DNA of 32,000 nt from an archaeon. Its GTDB lineage: Archaea > Iainarchaeota > Iainarchaeia > Iainarchaeales > 1-14-0-10-31-34. Under the pieces are notes generated by a model. It did no database searches. It was not told the origin of the DNA and was given only the letters and a program-made list of their open reading frames with translations. Of this stretch, positions 8,614 to 16,565 are shown in pieces. Position 1 is the first letter of the stretch. Each line of letters opens with the position of its first letter. The position numbers and the translations under genes were made by a program. The stretch spans positions 360,001 to 392,000 of the forward strand of contig JAJRVL010000004.1 of NCBI GenBank assembly GCA_024277355.1, written 5' to 3'.

Positions 8614-9418
8614 CAAAGAAATATCAATTAAAATAGTCCTTAACAAAAAACACGATTCAATTGAAACAGTCTTTGAACTATTTGAAATTTTAGAAGACCT
8701 TAAGATATTCAGGTTATTTCCCATAGAAAAATATAAAACAGCAAAAAATATTCCTCAGAAAATAAAAAAAGAAAAACTAATTAAAGTTGATGAAGGCTGG
8801 CTTAATGAAACAAAAATTTCTGTAAATAATATTTCAATACATTTTGGTTTATGGACAAAAGAGTTTAATAGACAAAATGCAGAAGAAATCTATGAAAAAA
8901 TAAAAAAAGACAAAATACTACAACAGTTTAGCATTCAAATTAATTCCCCTTCAACAGTAATCACAATTAGCAACAATGCAACAAAAATAAACAACAAAGT
9001 CAGTATTGAAAACATAAAATGCATTCTTTCAAAATACACGCCAAACCAAGAAGGATGCGCAATAAAAATTTTAACAGACCAACAGTTATCAATAAACTAC
9101 TTTAAAGCAAAAAATAACATAATAAGTTTGAGATTTTATGAATTCTGCTCTTTTGATAAAAAAGAACGTAAATACAATAAATTAATAAAAAAACTTGTTG
9201 AATTTTCAAATAAAGTTAATCCAATAATAATATATGGAGGAATGTCTCCGCTGGTTACTGAATCTTCTTTAGAATACTACAGGGAAATCTATTACTTTTG
9301 TTTAGAACCGAAAACCCCTCAAAAAATGGGAATTCACACAGTAATAAAAAGTTTTGAGTATTTAACACAAAAAAACGAAAAAATAGAAGAAATAAAAAAA
9401 ATATTAAAAAAAGAATAA
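8606..9418 (+). CDS. hypothetical cytoplasmic protein, translationally coupled to the surface-protein gene (candidate immunity/partner protein)
   Basis: ATG 8606 lies behind GAAGGTGG and overlaps the upstream stop (ATGGATGA). The 270-aa protein has no signal peptide or TM and I recognise no family. The track start, GTG 8597, is also possible. Confidence 0.6.
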   Translation: MDDKEISIKIVLNKKHDSIETVFELFEILEDLKIFRLFPIEKYKTAKNIPQKIKKEKLIKVDEGWLNETKISVNNISIHFGLWTKEFNRQNAEEIYEKIKKDKILQQFSIQINSPSTVITISNNATKINNKVSIENIKCILSKYTPNQEGCAIKILTDQQLSINYFKAKNNIISLRFYEFCSFDKKERKYNKLIKKLVEFSNKVNPIIIYGGMSPLVTESSLEYYREIYYFCLEPKTPQKMGIHTVIKSFEYLTQKNEKIEEIKKILKKE

Positions 9419-9621
9419 CTTATTGAACTGATTAAAAAACACTCTGCCAAATTAATTGAAACAAAATATGGAATATTAGTAATAAAAAATAATTTGAATT
9501 CAACGGATTTAAAAAAAATCTATATGAATCCAAGATATTTTATTAACAAAGAATTACGAAAAAGAGGCATGCAAATAGAAGAAGGCAAAGCAGAAAAATA
9601 CGCAAAAAAGTTGGGATTAAA

Positions 9622-9747
9622 ATGAAAAAAGTATTCCTTCTTCTGATTTTAATTTTTTTAATCTATTCAGTTTCAGCTCAATCAAACTTTGAACCAGACT
9701 ACAAAAAAATTCCAATTGAAATAGTTCCTTATGGCGGAGGAGAATAA
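9622..9747 (+). CDS. 41-aa signal-peptide mini-ORF carrying a copy of an internal segment of the upstream surface protein
   Basis: MKKVFLLLILIFLIYSVSAQSNFEPDYKKIPIEIVPYGGGE. Its ATG overlaps the stop of the preceding open frame (ATGA), and its TAA abuts the next ATG (9748). Bases 9687-9708 are identical to 6891-6912. It is below the track length cut-off. Confidence 0.3.
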   Translation: MKKVFLLLILIFLIYSVSAQSNFEPDYKKIPIEIVPYGGGE

Positions 9748-10365
9748 ATGAAAATTAAAGAAAAAGAATTAATTGAAAGATTAAAAGGATCACTACAACT
9801 AAACTTAGTTCATTATGGAACAGAAATAGAAGATATAGAATTGCATATTAAAGGAACTTTAGAAAATGGATACGATGTTTCATCTGCAATTGAAACAAGA
9901 ACACAAATAAGTATCTTGTTAAACTATCTAAAAGACAAACCAACAGACACAAAAACATTTAACATGAAAGAATACAAAGAATTATTGAAATTCTTAGATA
10001 AAAAATTTGAAAAAATTAAACAAAGAAAAGATTTTCATGAAAAAGCACTGAAAGACTTAAAAAGTTTAGTAAACACTTGGGAACATCATGTGCAATGGCC
10101 TGCGATAGAATCTAATTCATTTGATAACGATTTAGAATTCCGAGACGACTGCGAAGCACTATTAAGAGAATTACAAGAAAAAAAAGAGATAACTGAATTA
10201 AAAAAAAGAATTAAAAACGCAGATGTAACTTTTCAAGGACATTCTTTAGAATTACTCAAAAGATTTCAAGGAGTCTATGAACATGGCGAATGGAATTATT
10301 ACCCTAAAAGTTATTGGTGGAGACACCTAAAAGAATTTGTGGAAAAACAAGAGGAAAAAAAATGA
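9748..10365 (+). CDS. hypothetical all-alpha cytoplasmic protein
   Basis: 205-aa ORF behind GGAGGAG. Its stop overlaps the next start (ATGA at 10362-10365). I recognise no family. Confidence 0.6.
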   Translation: MKIKEKELIERLKGSLQLNLVHYGTEIEDIELHIKGTLENGYDVSSAIETRTQISILLNYLKDKPTDTKTFNMKEYKELLKFLDKKFEKIKQRKDFHEKALKDLKSLVNTWEHHVQWPAIESNSFDNDLEFRDDCEALLRELQEKKEITELKKRIKNADVTFQGHSLELLKRFQGVYEHGEWNYYPKSYWWRHLKEFVEKQEEKK

Positions 10366-11849
10366 CTCAAAAAGTTTTCTGGAAAAGCGCATTAAAAGCC
10401 AGTGCTTTAATGTATTTTATTATTGGAATACTTTCAACAGTTATTTTAATTCTGTTTTTCAGTGACAAACTAGACCAAATAATGAGCATTGCAATGACTG
10501 ACAAAGAATGGCTTGAAGCAACAGCATTTCCAATGACAATAATGTATGTATTCTTGATTTTTGCATGGATTCCGTTTGGCTTTTTATACAAAAAAATCCC
10601 TTTCAAGAAAACAATTGTAAAAGTATTTTTGTTTAACTTAATTCTTGTAGGAATTGAATTATTGATTACAGCTGTATTTGAAATAAAAAATACAGATGTT
10701 CTTAATGAAATATTTTTTGGTTCAGATAACTGCTGTTATTCGTTTATTCCCTTGTTTCTTTTAACAACAATAATGTTTGCATATTTGTTTGATTTCTTTA
10801 AGAAAAGAGAAGAAAAAGAGATTTCAGGAAAAACAAAAAACAAGCTTGCTTCAATTCCAAGAAGATTGCTGGCTTATATAATTGACTTAATAATTCTGTC
10901 AATTATCTTTGGAATAATTTCATTTATTATATCCTCAGTAGCAAACATTATGGTATTTAATTCAAACATTGAACTAAGTTCTGTTGCAGTAATAACTTTA
11001 ATGTCATTTTGTTTTGTTGTTGCCCAAACAATTTACTGGACAGTAGTAGAAGGAAAATTTGGTGCAAGCATTGGGAAAAAAATATTGAAAATAAAAGTAA
11101 TAAAAGAAAATGGAAAAGAAATAAGCTACATTGATGCATTCTTTAGAAACATAACAAAATTTGCCGATAATCTTTTGCCTTTCTTACTAATAGATGCATT
11201 AACAATTTTTACAACAAAAAACAAGCAAAGATTTTTTGATAAAGTTGCAGGAACAATTGTAGTTAGAACTGATTTAAAAAAAGAAAAATTAATGTTAGAT
11301 TCACCTAAAGCAGGTTTTATTCAAAGATTTAGTGCAAGAATTATTGATGGACTAATATTATTGGCATTACTATGTATTTCAGTATTTGTTTCAGCAATAA
11401 TTATTATGGCAGCAGGAAACGATCCAACATTAATTTTTTTGCCTGCTCTTTTTCTTTATTTAATTCACTTGTTTATTTTTGAACCAGTATATTGGATTTA
11501 TTTCACTGCAACAAAAGGCCAGACAATCGGAAAACAATTAAGAAAAATAAAAATTTATACAATAGAAGGAAACACTCCTGTTGGCTGGAAAAAATCAATA
11601 CTAAGGTATTTTGCTTACTGGATTTCCCTTTATTCTTTTTTGCTGGGCCTTTTATGGATTATTTTTGACAAAAACAAACAAAGCTGGCATGACAAATTTG
11701 CAGATACTTTTACAGTAAGAGAAGAGAAAAAGGCTTTTGAAATAAAAAAATACACAATTTATTTGATTGCTATTTCAATAACATTAGGCGTGTTTTTTGG
11801 AGTTCTGTTCAGTTTAATTGGCATTGCAATGCAAGGAGGGATTGCATGA
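10362..11849 (+). CDS. polytopic membrane protein with two RDD-family domains
   Basis: Trimmed to ATG 10362 (MTQKVFWKSALKAS...). It has two units of the RDD pattern: a basic start (IPRRLLAYIIDLII / FIQRFSARIIDGLI), TM helices, then ...FFDKVAGTIVVR and ...SWHDKFADTFTVR. An extra N-terminal multi-TM region is present. Confidence 0.7.
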   Translation: MTQKVFWKSALKASALMYFIIGILSTVILILFFSDKLDQIMSIAMTDKEWLEATAFPMTIMYVFLIFAWIPFGFLYKKIPFKKTIVKVFLFNLILVGIELLITAVFEIKNTDVLNEIFFGSDNCCYSFIPLFLLTTIMFAYLFDFFKKREEKEISGKTKNKLASIPRRLLAYIIDLIILSIIFGIISFIISSVANIMVFNSNIELSSVAVITLMSFCFVVAQTIYWTVVEGKFGASIGKKILKIKVIKENGKEISYIDAFFRNITKFADNLLPFLLIDALTIFTTKNKQRFFDKVAGTIVVRTDLKKEKLMLDSPKAGFIQRFSARIIDGLILLALLCISVFVSAIIIMAAGNDPTLIFLPALFLYLIHLFIFEPVYWIYFTATKGQTIGKQLRKIKIYTIEGNTPVGWKKSILRYFAYWISLYSFLLGLLWIIFDKNKQSWHDKFADTFTVREEKKAFEIKKYTIYLIAISITLGVFFGVLFSLIGIAMQGGIA

Positions 11850-12526
11850 ATATATCTAAAAAGTTTTTAATTTATTTTTTCTTGATTTTGTTTTTAGTTC
11901 AGTTTAGTTATCCTTTAATTTTAACTAAATCTTTTGTTGTTTCTGAACCAATAACTGAAGTTTCACAAAAAATTTCTCCTGAATTAGTTTCTTTAACTGA
12001 AAGTTTTCCTTTAAAAACAACTAAAGTTTTAATTCAAGCAGAAAACGAAAATGCATTAAATGAAATTGCTTTATTAACAGAAAGTTTAGGCGGAACAAAA
12101 GCAGAAAATGTTTTAATTGAAATATTTTTTGACGGAATAAAAATTCATGATGAAAACATTAATGTTAATTCAAATGAAACAAAATCAATTATAGCAGAAA
12201 CAAACCAAAACACTGGAATTCATTTAATTGAAGTTAAAATAAATTCAAGTCAAACAGTTATTGAATCAGATTACACAAACAATAATTTAATTTATGAAGC
12301 ATATTTATGCAGTAAATCAAATATTTTAATTATAAATGACAATGACGCAGAAAATTATGCAACAGACAATCCTGAAAGCATTAATGCATTTGAAGAAGCA
12401 TTAAAAGCAAACCTTTATTGTTTTGAAGTATGGAATGAAAAAACACAAGGAGTTCCAACAATAGAATACTTAACTAAATTTAATTTATTGATTTGGAGTA
12501 TACTGGAAATTACTGGAACACAGTAA
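11846..12526 (+). CDS. secreted protein with CARDB-like domain, 5' fragment of a frameshifted gene
   Basis: The ATG overlaps the upstream stop (ATGA). It has a signal/anchor sequence (FLIYFFLILFLVQFSYP). A CARDB-like beta-sandwich ends ...GIHLIEVKINSSQTVIESDYTNNN. The reading frame continues in another frame from about 12499. Confidence 0.6.
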   Translation: MNISKKFLIYFFLILFLVQFSYPLILTKSFVVSEPITEVSQKISPELVSLTESFPLKTTKVLIQAENENALNEIALLTESLGGTKAENVLIEIFFDGIKIHDENINVNSNETKSIIAETNQNTGIHLIEVKINSSQTVIESDYTNNNLIYEAYLCSKSNILIINDNDAENYATDNPESINAFEEALKANLYCFEVWNEKTQGVPTIEYLTKFNLLIWSILEITGTQ

Positions 12527-13152
12527 TAAACGAAGAAGACATGAATTTACTGCAAGAATACACTAAAGGAATTATATTTGAAGGAACAGACATTGCTTTT
12601 GACCATGCAAATGAATTGTTTTTAGAAGAAAAACTTTATTCAAATTTAGATAAAGATTTAATAATTGACGGACAAGAACCATTAATTCTATCAAACCATG
12701 AATTATTAAATGGAATAACTCAGATTACAATTGATGGAAACATTTCTCCTTACCCTGATTCAGTTACTCCAGTTAATTCAATCAGCATTGCTGACTGGAA
12801 TAATGCTGAATCTGCAATAATTTTAGCTGACTCAAATAAAACAATTTATTTTGCTTTTTCAGTTAATTCAATTAATGAAATTAATTCAAGAAATAAATTA
12901 ATTGCAAATTCAATTGAATTCATTATTCAGTCAACTTCAACACAAGAATGCGGAAACCTTGACAACAAAGACTCAGTTGACATATCTGATTTAATTTATT
13001 TAATTAATTACCTGTTTAAAGGAGGCCCTGAACTTCAATGCATGCCAGTAACCTGTAATGCTTCAAATGACTTAACTCAAAACTGGACAATAGAAGATAT
13101 AAGCAATTACATTGAAAACGCACAGCAAACAAATATACAAATAAAGAATTAA
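12493..13152 (+). CDS. 3' fragment of the same frameshifted secreted protein, dockerin-like C-terminus
   Basis: This frame is open only from 12484. The sequence continues the upstream protein (..NLLIWS | YTGNYWNTVINEEDMNLLQEYTKGIIFEGTDIAF..). The C-terminus has a dockerin/EF-hand-like segment, CGNLDNKDSVDISDLIYLINYLFKGGPELQC. Confidence 0.55.
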   Translation: MEYTGNYWNTVINEEDMNLLQEYTKGIIFEGTDIAFDHANELFLEEKLYSNLDKDLIIDGQEPLILSNHELLNGITQITIDGNISPYPDSVTPVNSISIADWNNAESAIILADSNKTIYFAFSVNSINEINSRNKLIANSIEFIIQSTSTQECGNLDNKDSVDISDLIYLINYLFKGGPELQCMPVTCNASNDLTQNWTIEDISNYIENAQQTNIQIKN

Positions 13153-13204
13153 ACAACAACAATATATTTATATTATAATTCTCCCATTATAGGTTAATAG
13201 TGAT

Positions 13205-13840
13205 ATGATGAGTTTTAGTTTGCTTGTTAGAAAACTTTTGCTTGATAACAAAAGATATATTTCTAAAGAAACACTTAAAGAATACTGTAAAAAACTTGGA
13301 ATTTCTTATATTAATGCAATAAAATATTTAAGCAAATACAAATATATTAAAAGAATTGTCAGAGGTTTTTTTTATGTTCCGTGAATTGAAGAAAGAAAAC
13401 TTAAAACAGGCAGACCAAACCATTTAGAAGCCATTGCAGAAGCAATGAAATATAAGAACGTAAAAAAATGGTATGTTGGACTGGAAACAGCTATAAAATT
13501 AAATACAATAACACATGAATTTTTTACAGTAGATTATGTTGTTTCTGATAAAATATTCAGGGCAAAAGCATTTGAAATATTAGGAAGAAAAGTAAAATTT
13601 GTTAAACTAAATAAAAAATTGTTTGGTTTTGGAATAAAAAAAACTGGAAGAATACCTTTCTCTGATTTAGAAAAAACATTGCTGGATTTGATTCATTTAA
13701 AGGTTCATTCAGGTAAATCAGAAAACGCAATAAAAAACGAGTTAATTGAATGGATTAAAAAAGCAGACAAAAGTAAATTAAAGACATACAGCAAACACTA
13801 CAACAATAAAGTAAAAAAAATTATAGAGGAATTAATTTGA
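13205..13840 (+). pseudogene. abiEi: AbiEi-family type IV antitoxin interrupted by an in-frame TGA (13382-13384)
   Basis: ATG 13205 opens the wHTH part (MMSFSLLVRKLL...LGISYINAIKYLSKYKYIKRIVRGFFYVP), which then hits TGA. The same frame continues IEERKLKTGRPNHLEAIAEAMKYKNVKKWYVGLETAIKLN... to 13840. Joined, the sequence has the AbiEi layout (wHTH ending rGxYy, then the C-terminal domain). Confidence 0.65.
13445..13840 (+). CDS. AbiEi C-terminal domain ORF (track ORF downstream of the TGA)
   Basis: 131-aa track ORF in the same frame as 13205-13381. It contains ...WYVGLETAIKLNTITHE...IPFSDLEKTLLDLIHL, typical of the AbiEi C-terminal region. Its stop overlaps the toxin start (TTGA). Confidence 0.6.
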   Translation: MKYKNVKKWYVGLETAIKLNTITHEFFTVDYVVSDKIFRAKAFEILGRKVKFVKLNKKLFGFGIKKTGRIPFSDLEKTLLDLIHLKVHSGKSENAIKNELIEWIKKADKSKLKTYSKHYNNKVKKIIEELI

Positions 13841-14763
13841 TTTCAAAAGGAATAATTGAATTGCTTTCACAAAAACTAGAAATAAAAAACAATTCATTAA
13901 TAGAAAAAGACCTTTATTTGCAGGGGTTGTTAATTGAATTATCAAAATCAGATTACTTTGCTGAAAATTTTGCTTTTAAAGGAGGAACTTGTTTAACTAA
14001 AGTATATTTTGGTCATTATAGATTTTCTGAAGATTTGGATTTTACTTGGATTAATCAAAAAATATTTGAAAACAAATCAGAAAAACAAATAAGAAAAATG
14101 CTTTCAAAAGAAATAAATAAAATAACAAAATTAATTGAAATTATTGCTGAAAAACTTGAACTTGAATTTAAGGGAATAAAATCAGACAAACATTTTGTTG
14201 AACTTGGAGGAAGCAATAAGTTTACTACATTGAAATTATGGTATAAGTCAACAACAGAAAACAGGAAAACTTTTATTAAAATCCAAATTAATTTTATAGA
14301 AAAACTATTTTATAAACTAAAAAAACAAGAAATAAAAGCTATTGCTGAAAAACACAAAAAAGAACTTGAATTTTTATATCCTAAACACGCTAAAATGGCA
14401 ACACAAAATACTAAATTAAAAGTCTATGACTTAAAGGAAATAGCCGCAGAAAAAGTCAGAGCATTGCTTACCAGAAGAGGATTTAAAGCAAGAGACATTA
14501 TTGACTTGTATTTTCTTTCAAAAAAAGGAATTACAATAAAATCAGTGAAAAAAATAGCCATAAAAAAAACAATGTTTATGTTAAAATACCTTAAATACTG
14601 GGAAAACCTAAAAAATAAAAAATTTGAAGAAGAATTCAAAGCAGGAGAAGAAAAACAACTTATAATAAAAGAAATATCAAAAGACTTCAGCAAATTTGCA
14701 GAAACAAACCTGAAAGAATTAAATAAACTTGCTGAAGAAATAAGAAAAAAACACAAAAAATAA
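13837..14763 (+). CDS. abiEii: AbiEii/AbiGii-family nucleotidyltransferase toxin (DUF1814)
   Basis: 308-aa protein with the N-terminal NTase signature FAFKGGTCLTKVYFGHYRFSEDLDFTW. Later it has EIAAEKVRALLTRRGFKARDIIDLYFL. The TTG start sits behind AGAGGA and overlaps the antitoxin stop. Confidence 0.85.
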   Translation: MISKGIIELLSQKLEIKNNSLIEKDLYLQGLLIELSKSDYFAENFAFKGGTCLTKVYFGHYRFSEDLDFTWINQKIFENKSEKQIRKMLSKEINKITKLIEIIAEKLELEFKGIKSDKHFVELGGSNKFTTLKLWYKSTTENRKTFIKIQINFIEKLFYKLKKQEIKAIAEKHKKELEFLYPKHAKMATQNTKLKVYDLKEIAAEKVRALLTRRGFKARDIIDLYFLSKKGITIKSVKKIAIKKTMFMLKYLKYWENLKNKKFEEEFKAGEEKQLIIKEISKDFSKFAETNLKELNKLAEEIRKKHKK

Positions 14764-14813
14764 TGCAGACTATATACAGAAATACTAAAAAAAATATTTT
14801 TTTAAAACAGAAT

Positions 14814-15647
14814 TCAGAAATAAGCTTCAAATTTTTCTTTTAATTGTTTTGCAATTTCTGGATTTTTTGTTACAGTTAAGGGAATTCCTACTTTTCTTTC
14901 AAAAACTTTAGTAAATAACCCCTCCACATCTAAATCTTCAATTTTTTTTATTTTTTTGAATTCTTTATTTACTTCATCTATAATGTTTTTTGGGTAAAAC
15001 ACCTGAAAAATATAATCTTCATAAACTATAACTTCAGGCATATTAAAATCAGTTATGTTTGTCTTAAAATTTTTTTGATTAAATTTTCTTAAAATTTGAC
15101 CACACCATTTATCTAAAGAAGTATCTCCTTTAATTAAGACATATAATAAAGTATTCTCTGCTAAAGTTTTCATTTTAGAATATCCTTCTTTAGAAAAAAA
15201 CAAAGGAATCCATGAATGAAACCAATAAAAATACAAGGGCTTTTTTTCTTCCGTAGATATTGCTTCTCTTGTACTTAATAAAAATCTGTCAACTGCTGCC
15301 AAATCTTCAAAATAAAAATTTGAAATATCTTTATTTATTACTTCTAATACTGTCAAATTATTATCTTCTTTTGAAAGAAGTTGTTCAGTGAATTTCTTTA
15401 ATGAGTTAATCCAGTTTAAATTTAATTCATATTCTTTTCCTTTTTTTTCTATTATTCCTTTTTCCATTAATTCATTTAATGTTTTATGCACTGCCTGATA
15501 AGAAATATTTAACGCATACTTTCGTTTAGTTCTTGCATGAATCTGCTTTGCACTTAACTTCTGTTCATAAGCAAGCAAAGAAATAATTACATCTTTAGAA
15601 GAAGCTTTTTCTCCATTCAAAACCGGCAAAACTAAATTCAAAGTCAT
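14814..15647 (-). CDS. winged-HTH regulator with C-terminal ~190-aa domain of unknown function (paralog A)
   Basis: N-terminal wHTH: IISLLAYEQKLSAKQIHARTKRKYALNISYQAVHKTLNELMEKGIIEKKGKEYELN. The C-terminal domain shares motifs with the two divergently transcribed neighbours: W..W.P, ..YEDYIFQVFYP.., and ..IPLTVTKNPEIAKQLKE. Confidence 0.65.
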   Translation of the reverse strand: MTLNLVLPVLNGEKASSKDVIISLLAYEQKLSAKQIHARTKRKYALNISYQAVHKTLNELMEKGIIEKKGKEYELNLNWINSLKKFTEQLLSKEDNNLTVLEVINKDISNFYFEDLAAVDRFLLSTREAISTEEKKPLYFYWFHSWIPLFFSKEGYSKMKTLAENTLLYVLIKGDTSLDKWCGQILRKFNQKNFKTNITDFNMPEVIVYEDYIFQVFYPKNIIDEVNKEFKKIKKIEDLDVEGLFTKVFERKVGIPLTVTKNPEIAKQLKEKFEAYF

Positions 15648-15735
15648 TTCTTCAACCCATATAACTCTTATAATTACTAAAAGTTAAATTTAAATTTCCT
15701 TTTTATACATAAGATACTGAGAAGAGTTGTTAAAC

Positions 15736-16563
15736 ATGAAGATTTCAAATACTTCTGAACAAATAATTGAAATTTTAAGTAATGAATGGCCTTTAACTAC
15801 AAAACAAATTCATCACAGACTAAAAAGAAGTTACGGAATAAATATCAGTTATCAAGCAGTTCATAAACATATAAAAGAAATGATAAAAGAAAAAATACTT
15901 TCAAAAAACGGCGCAGAATTATCTATAGCTTATTCTTGGATTAAAAATCTTTCAAATTACGCTAAAAAACTTGAATTATCACTTGAAAAAACAAACTCAA
16001 AAGATGGTTCAACAATGATTGTTTTTGATTCATTAGTTGATTGCGGAAAATTCTTAATAAATGAATTTATGGGGAATGAATCTGGCAAATATGGCAATCC
16101 AAAAAAAAAAGATTGTGTTTGTGTTTGGAATCATGCTTGGCCAATTATTGGCGCATCACAAGAAGAACACAAAAAAATGAAAAAAATGTTTAGTGGAACA
16201 GTTCACTGGAATATTTGTGCGCATAACACTTTTTTAGATAAAGTAACATCAAAATATGTTGCTAAACTAGGAAAAAAAGTTGCTTTAAACAAAAAATTTT
16301 CAATGAATACAGATACTTTTGTTGAAGGAGATTACATACTTCAAGCACACTTCCCAAAAGAACTTAAACAAGACATGAAAAAATTATACACCAAAGTTAA
16401 AAACGAAAAAGACTTTGACATGCAAAAAATGTTTGAATTTGGTTCAAAAAAATACGGAATAAAAATAGCAGTATTTAAAAACAAAGAATTAGCTGACTCT
16501 TTAAGAGAAGAAGCAAAAAAAATTTATGAAGAAAGCCAGAAAGAAAAAAATAAAAGGAAATAA
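15736..16563 (+). CDS. winged-HTH regulator with the same C-terminal unknown domain (paralog B)
   Basis: IIEILSNEWPLTTKQIHHRLKRSYGINISYQAVHKHIKEMIKEKILSK, then ..CVWNHAWP.., ..VEGDYILQAHFP.., ..IKIAVFKNKELADSLRE. I placed the start at ATG 15736; the track uses TTG 15727. Confidence 0.65.
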   Translation: MKISNTSEQIIEILSNEWPLTTKQIHHRLKRSYGINISYQAVHKHIKEMIKEKILSKNGAELSIAYSWIKNLSNYAKKLELSLEKTNSKDGSTMIVFDSLVDCGKFLINEFMGNESGKYGNPKKKDCVCVWNHAWPIIGASQEEHKKMKKMFSGTVHWNICAHNTFLDKVTSKYVAKLGKKVALNKKFSMNTDTFVEGDYILQAHFPKELKQDMKKLYTKVKNEKDFDMQKMFEFGSKKYGIKIAVFKNKELADSLREEAKKIYEESQKEKNKRK

Positions 16564-16565
16564 AA

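Noticed and set aside
10314-10361. Upstream alternative starts used by the ORF track (TTG 10314, TTG 20101, TTG 2317, TTG 3668, TTG 15727, TTG 27993, and ATG 25626 on the minus strand)
   Set aside because: In each case an in-frame ATG a few codons downstream has a better-placed GGAGG-like SD or an ATGA coupling overlap. That ATG also gives a more sensible N-terminus, such as a signal peptide or the beginning of a domain. Start choices remain provisional.
5704-13384. Stop-codon reassignment, pyrrolysine or selenocysteine as the explanation for the in-frame TAG, TAA and TGA
   Set aside because: Each of the three codons also terminates well-supported genes in this window: TAG for PAN and paralog C, TGA for the KaiC-like gene and abiEi, TAA for most others. 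Three different codons would need recoding at once, and two frame changes accompany them. No Pyl or Sec machinery is visible here, though the rest of the genome cannot be checked.
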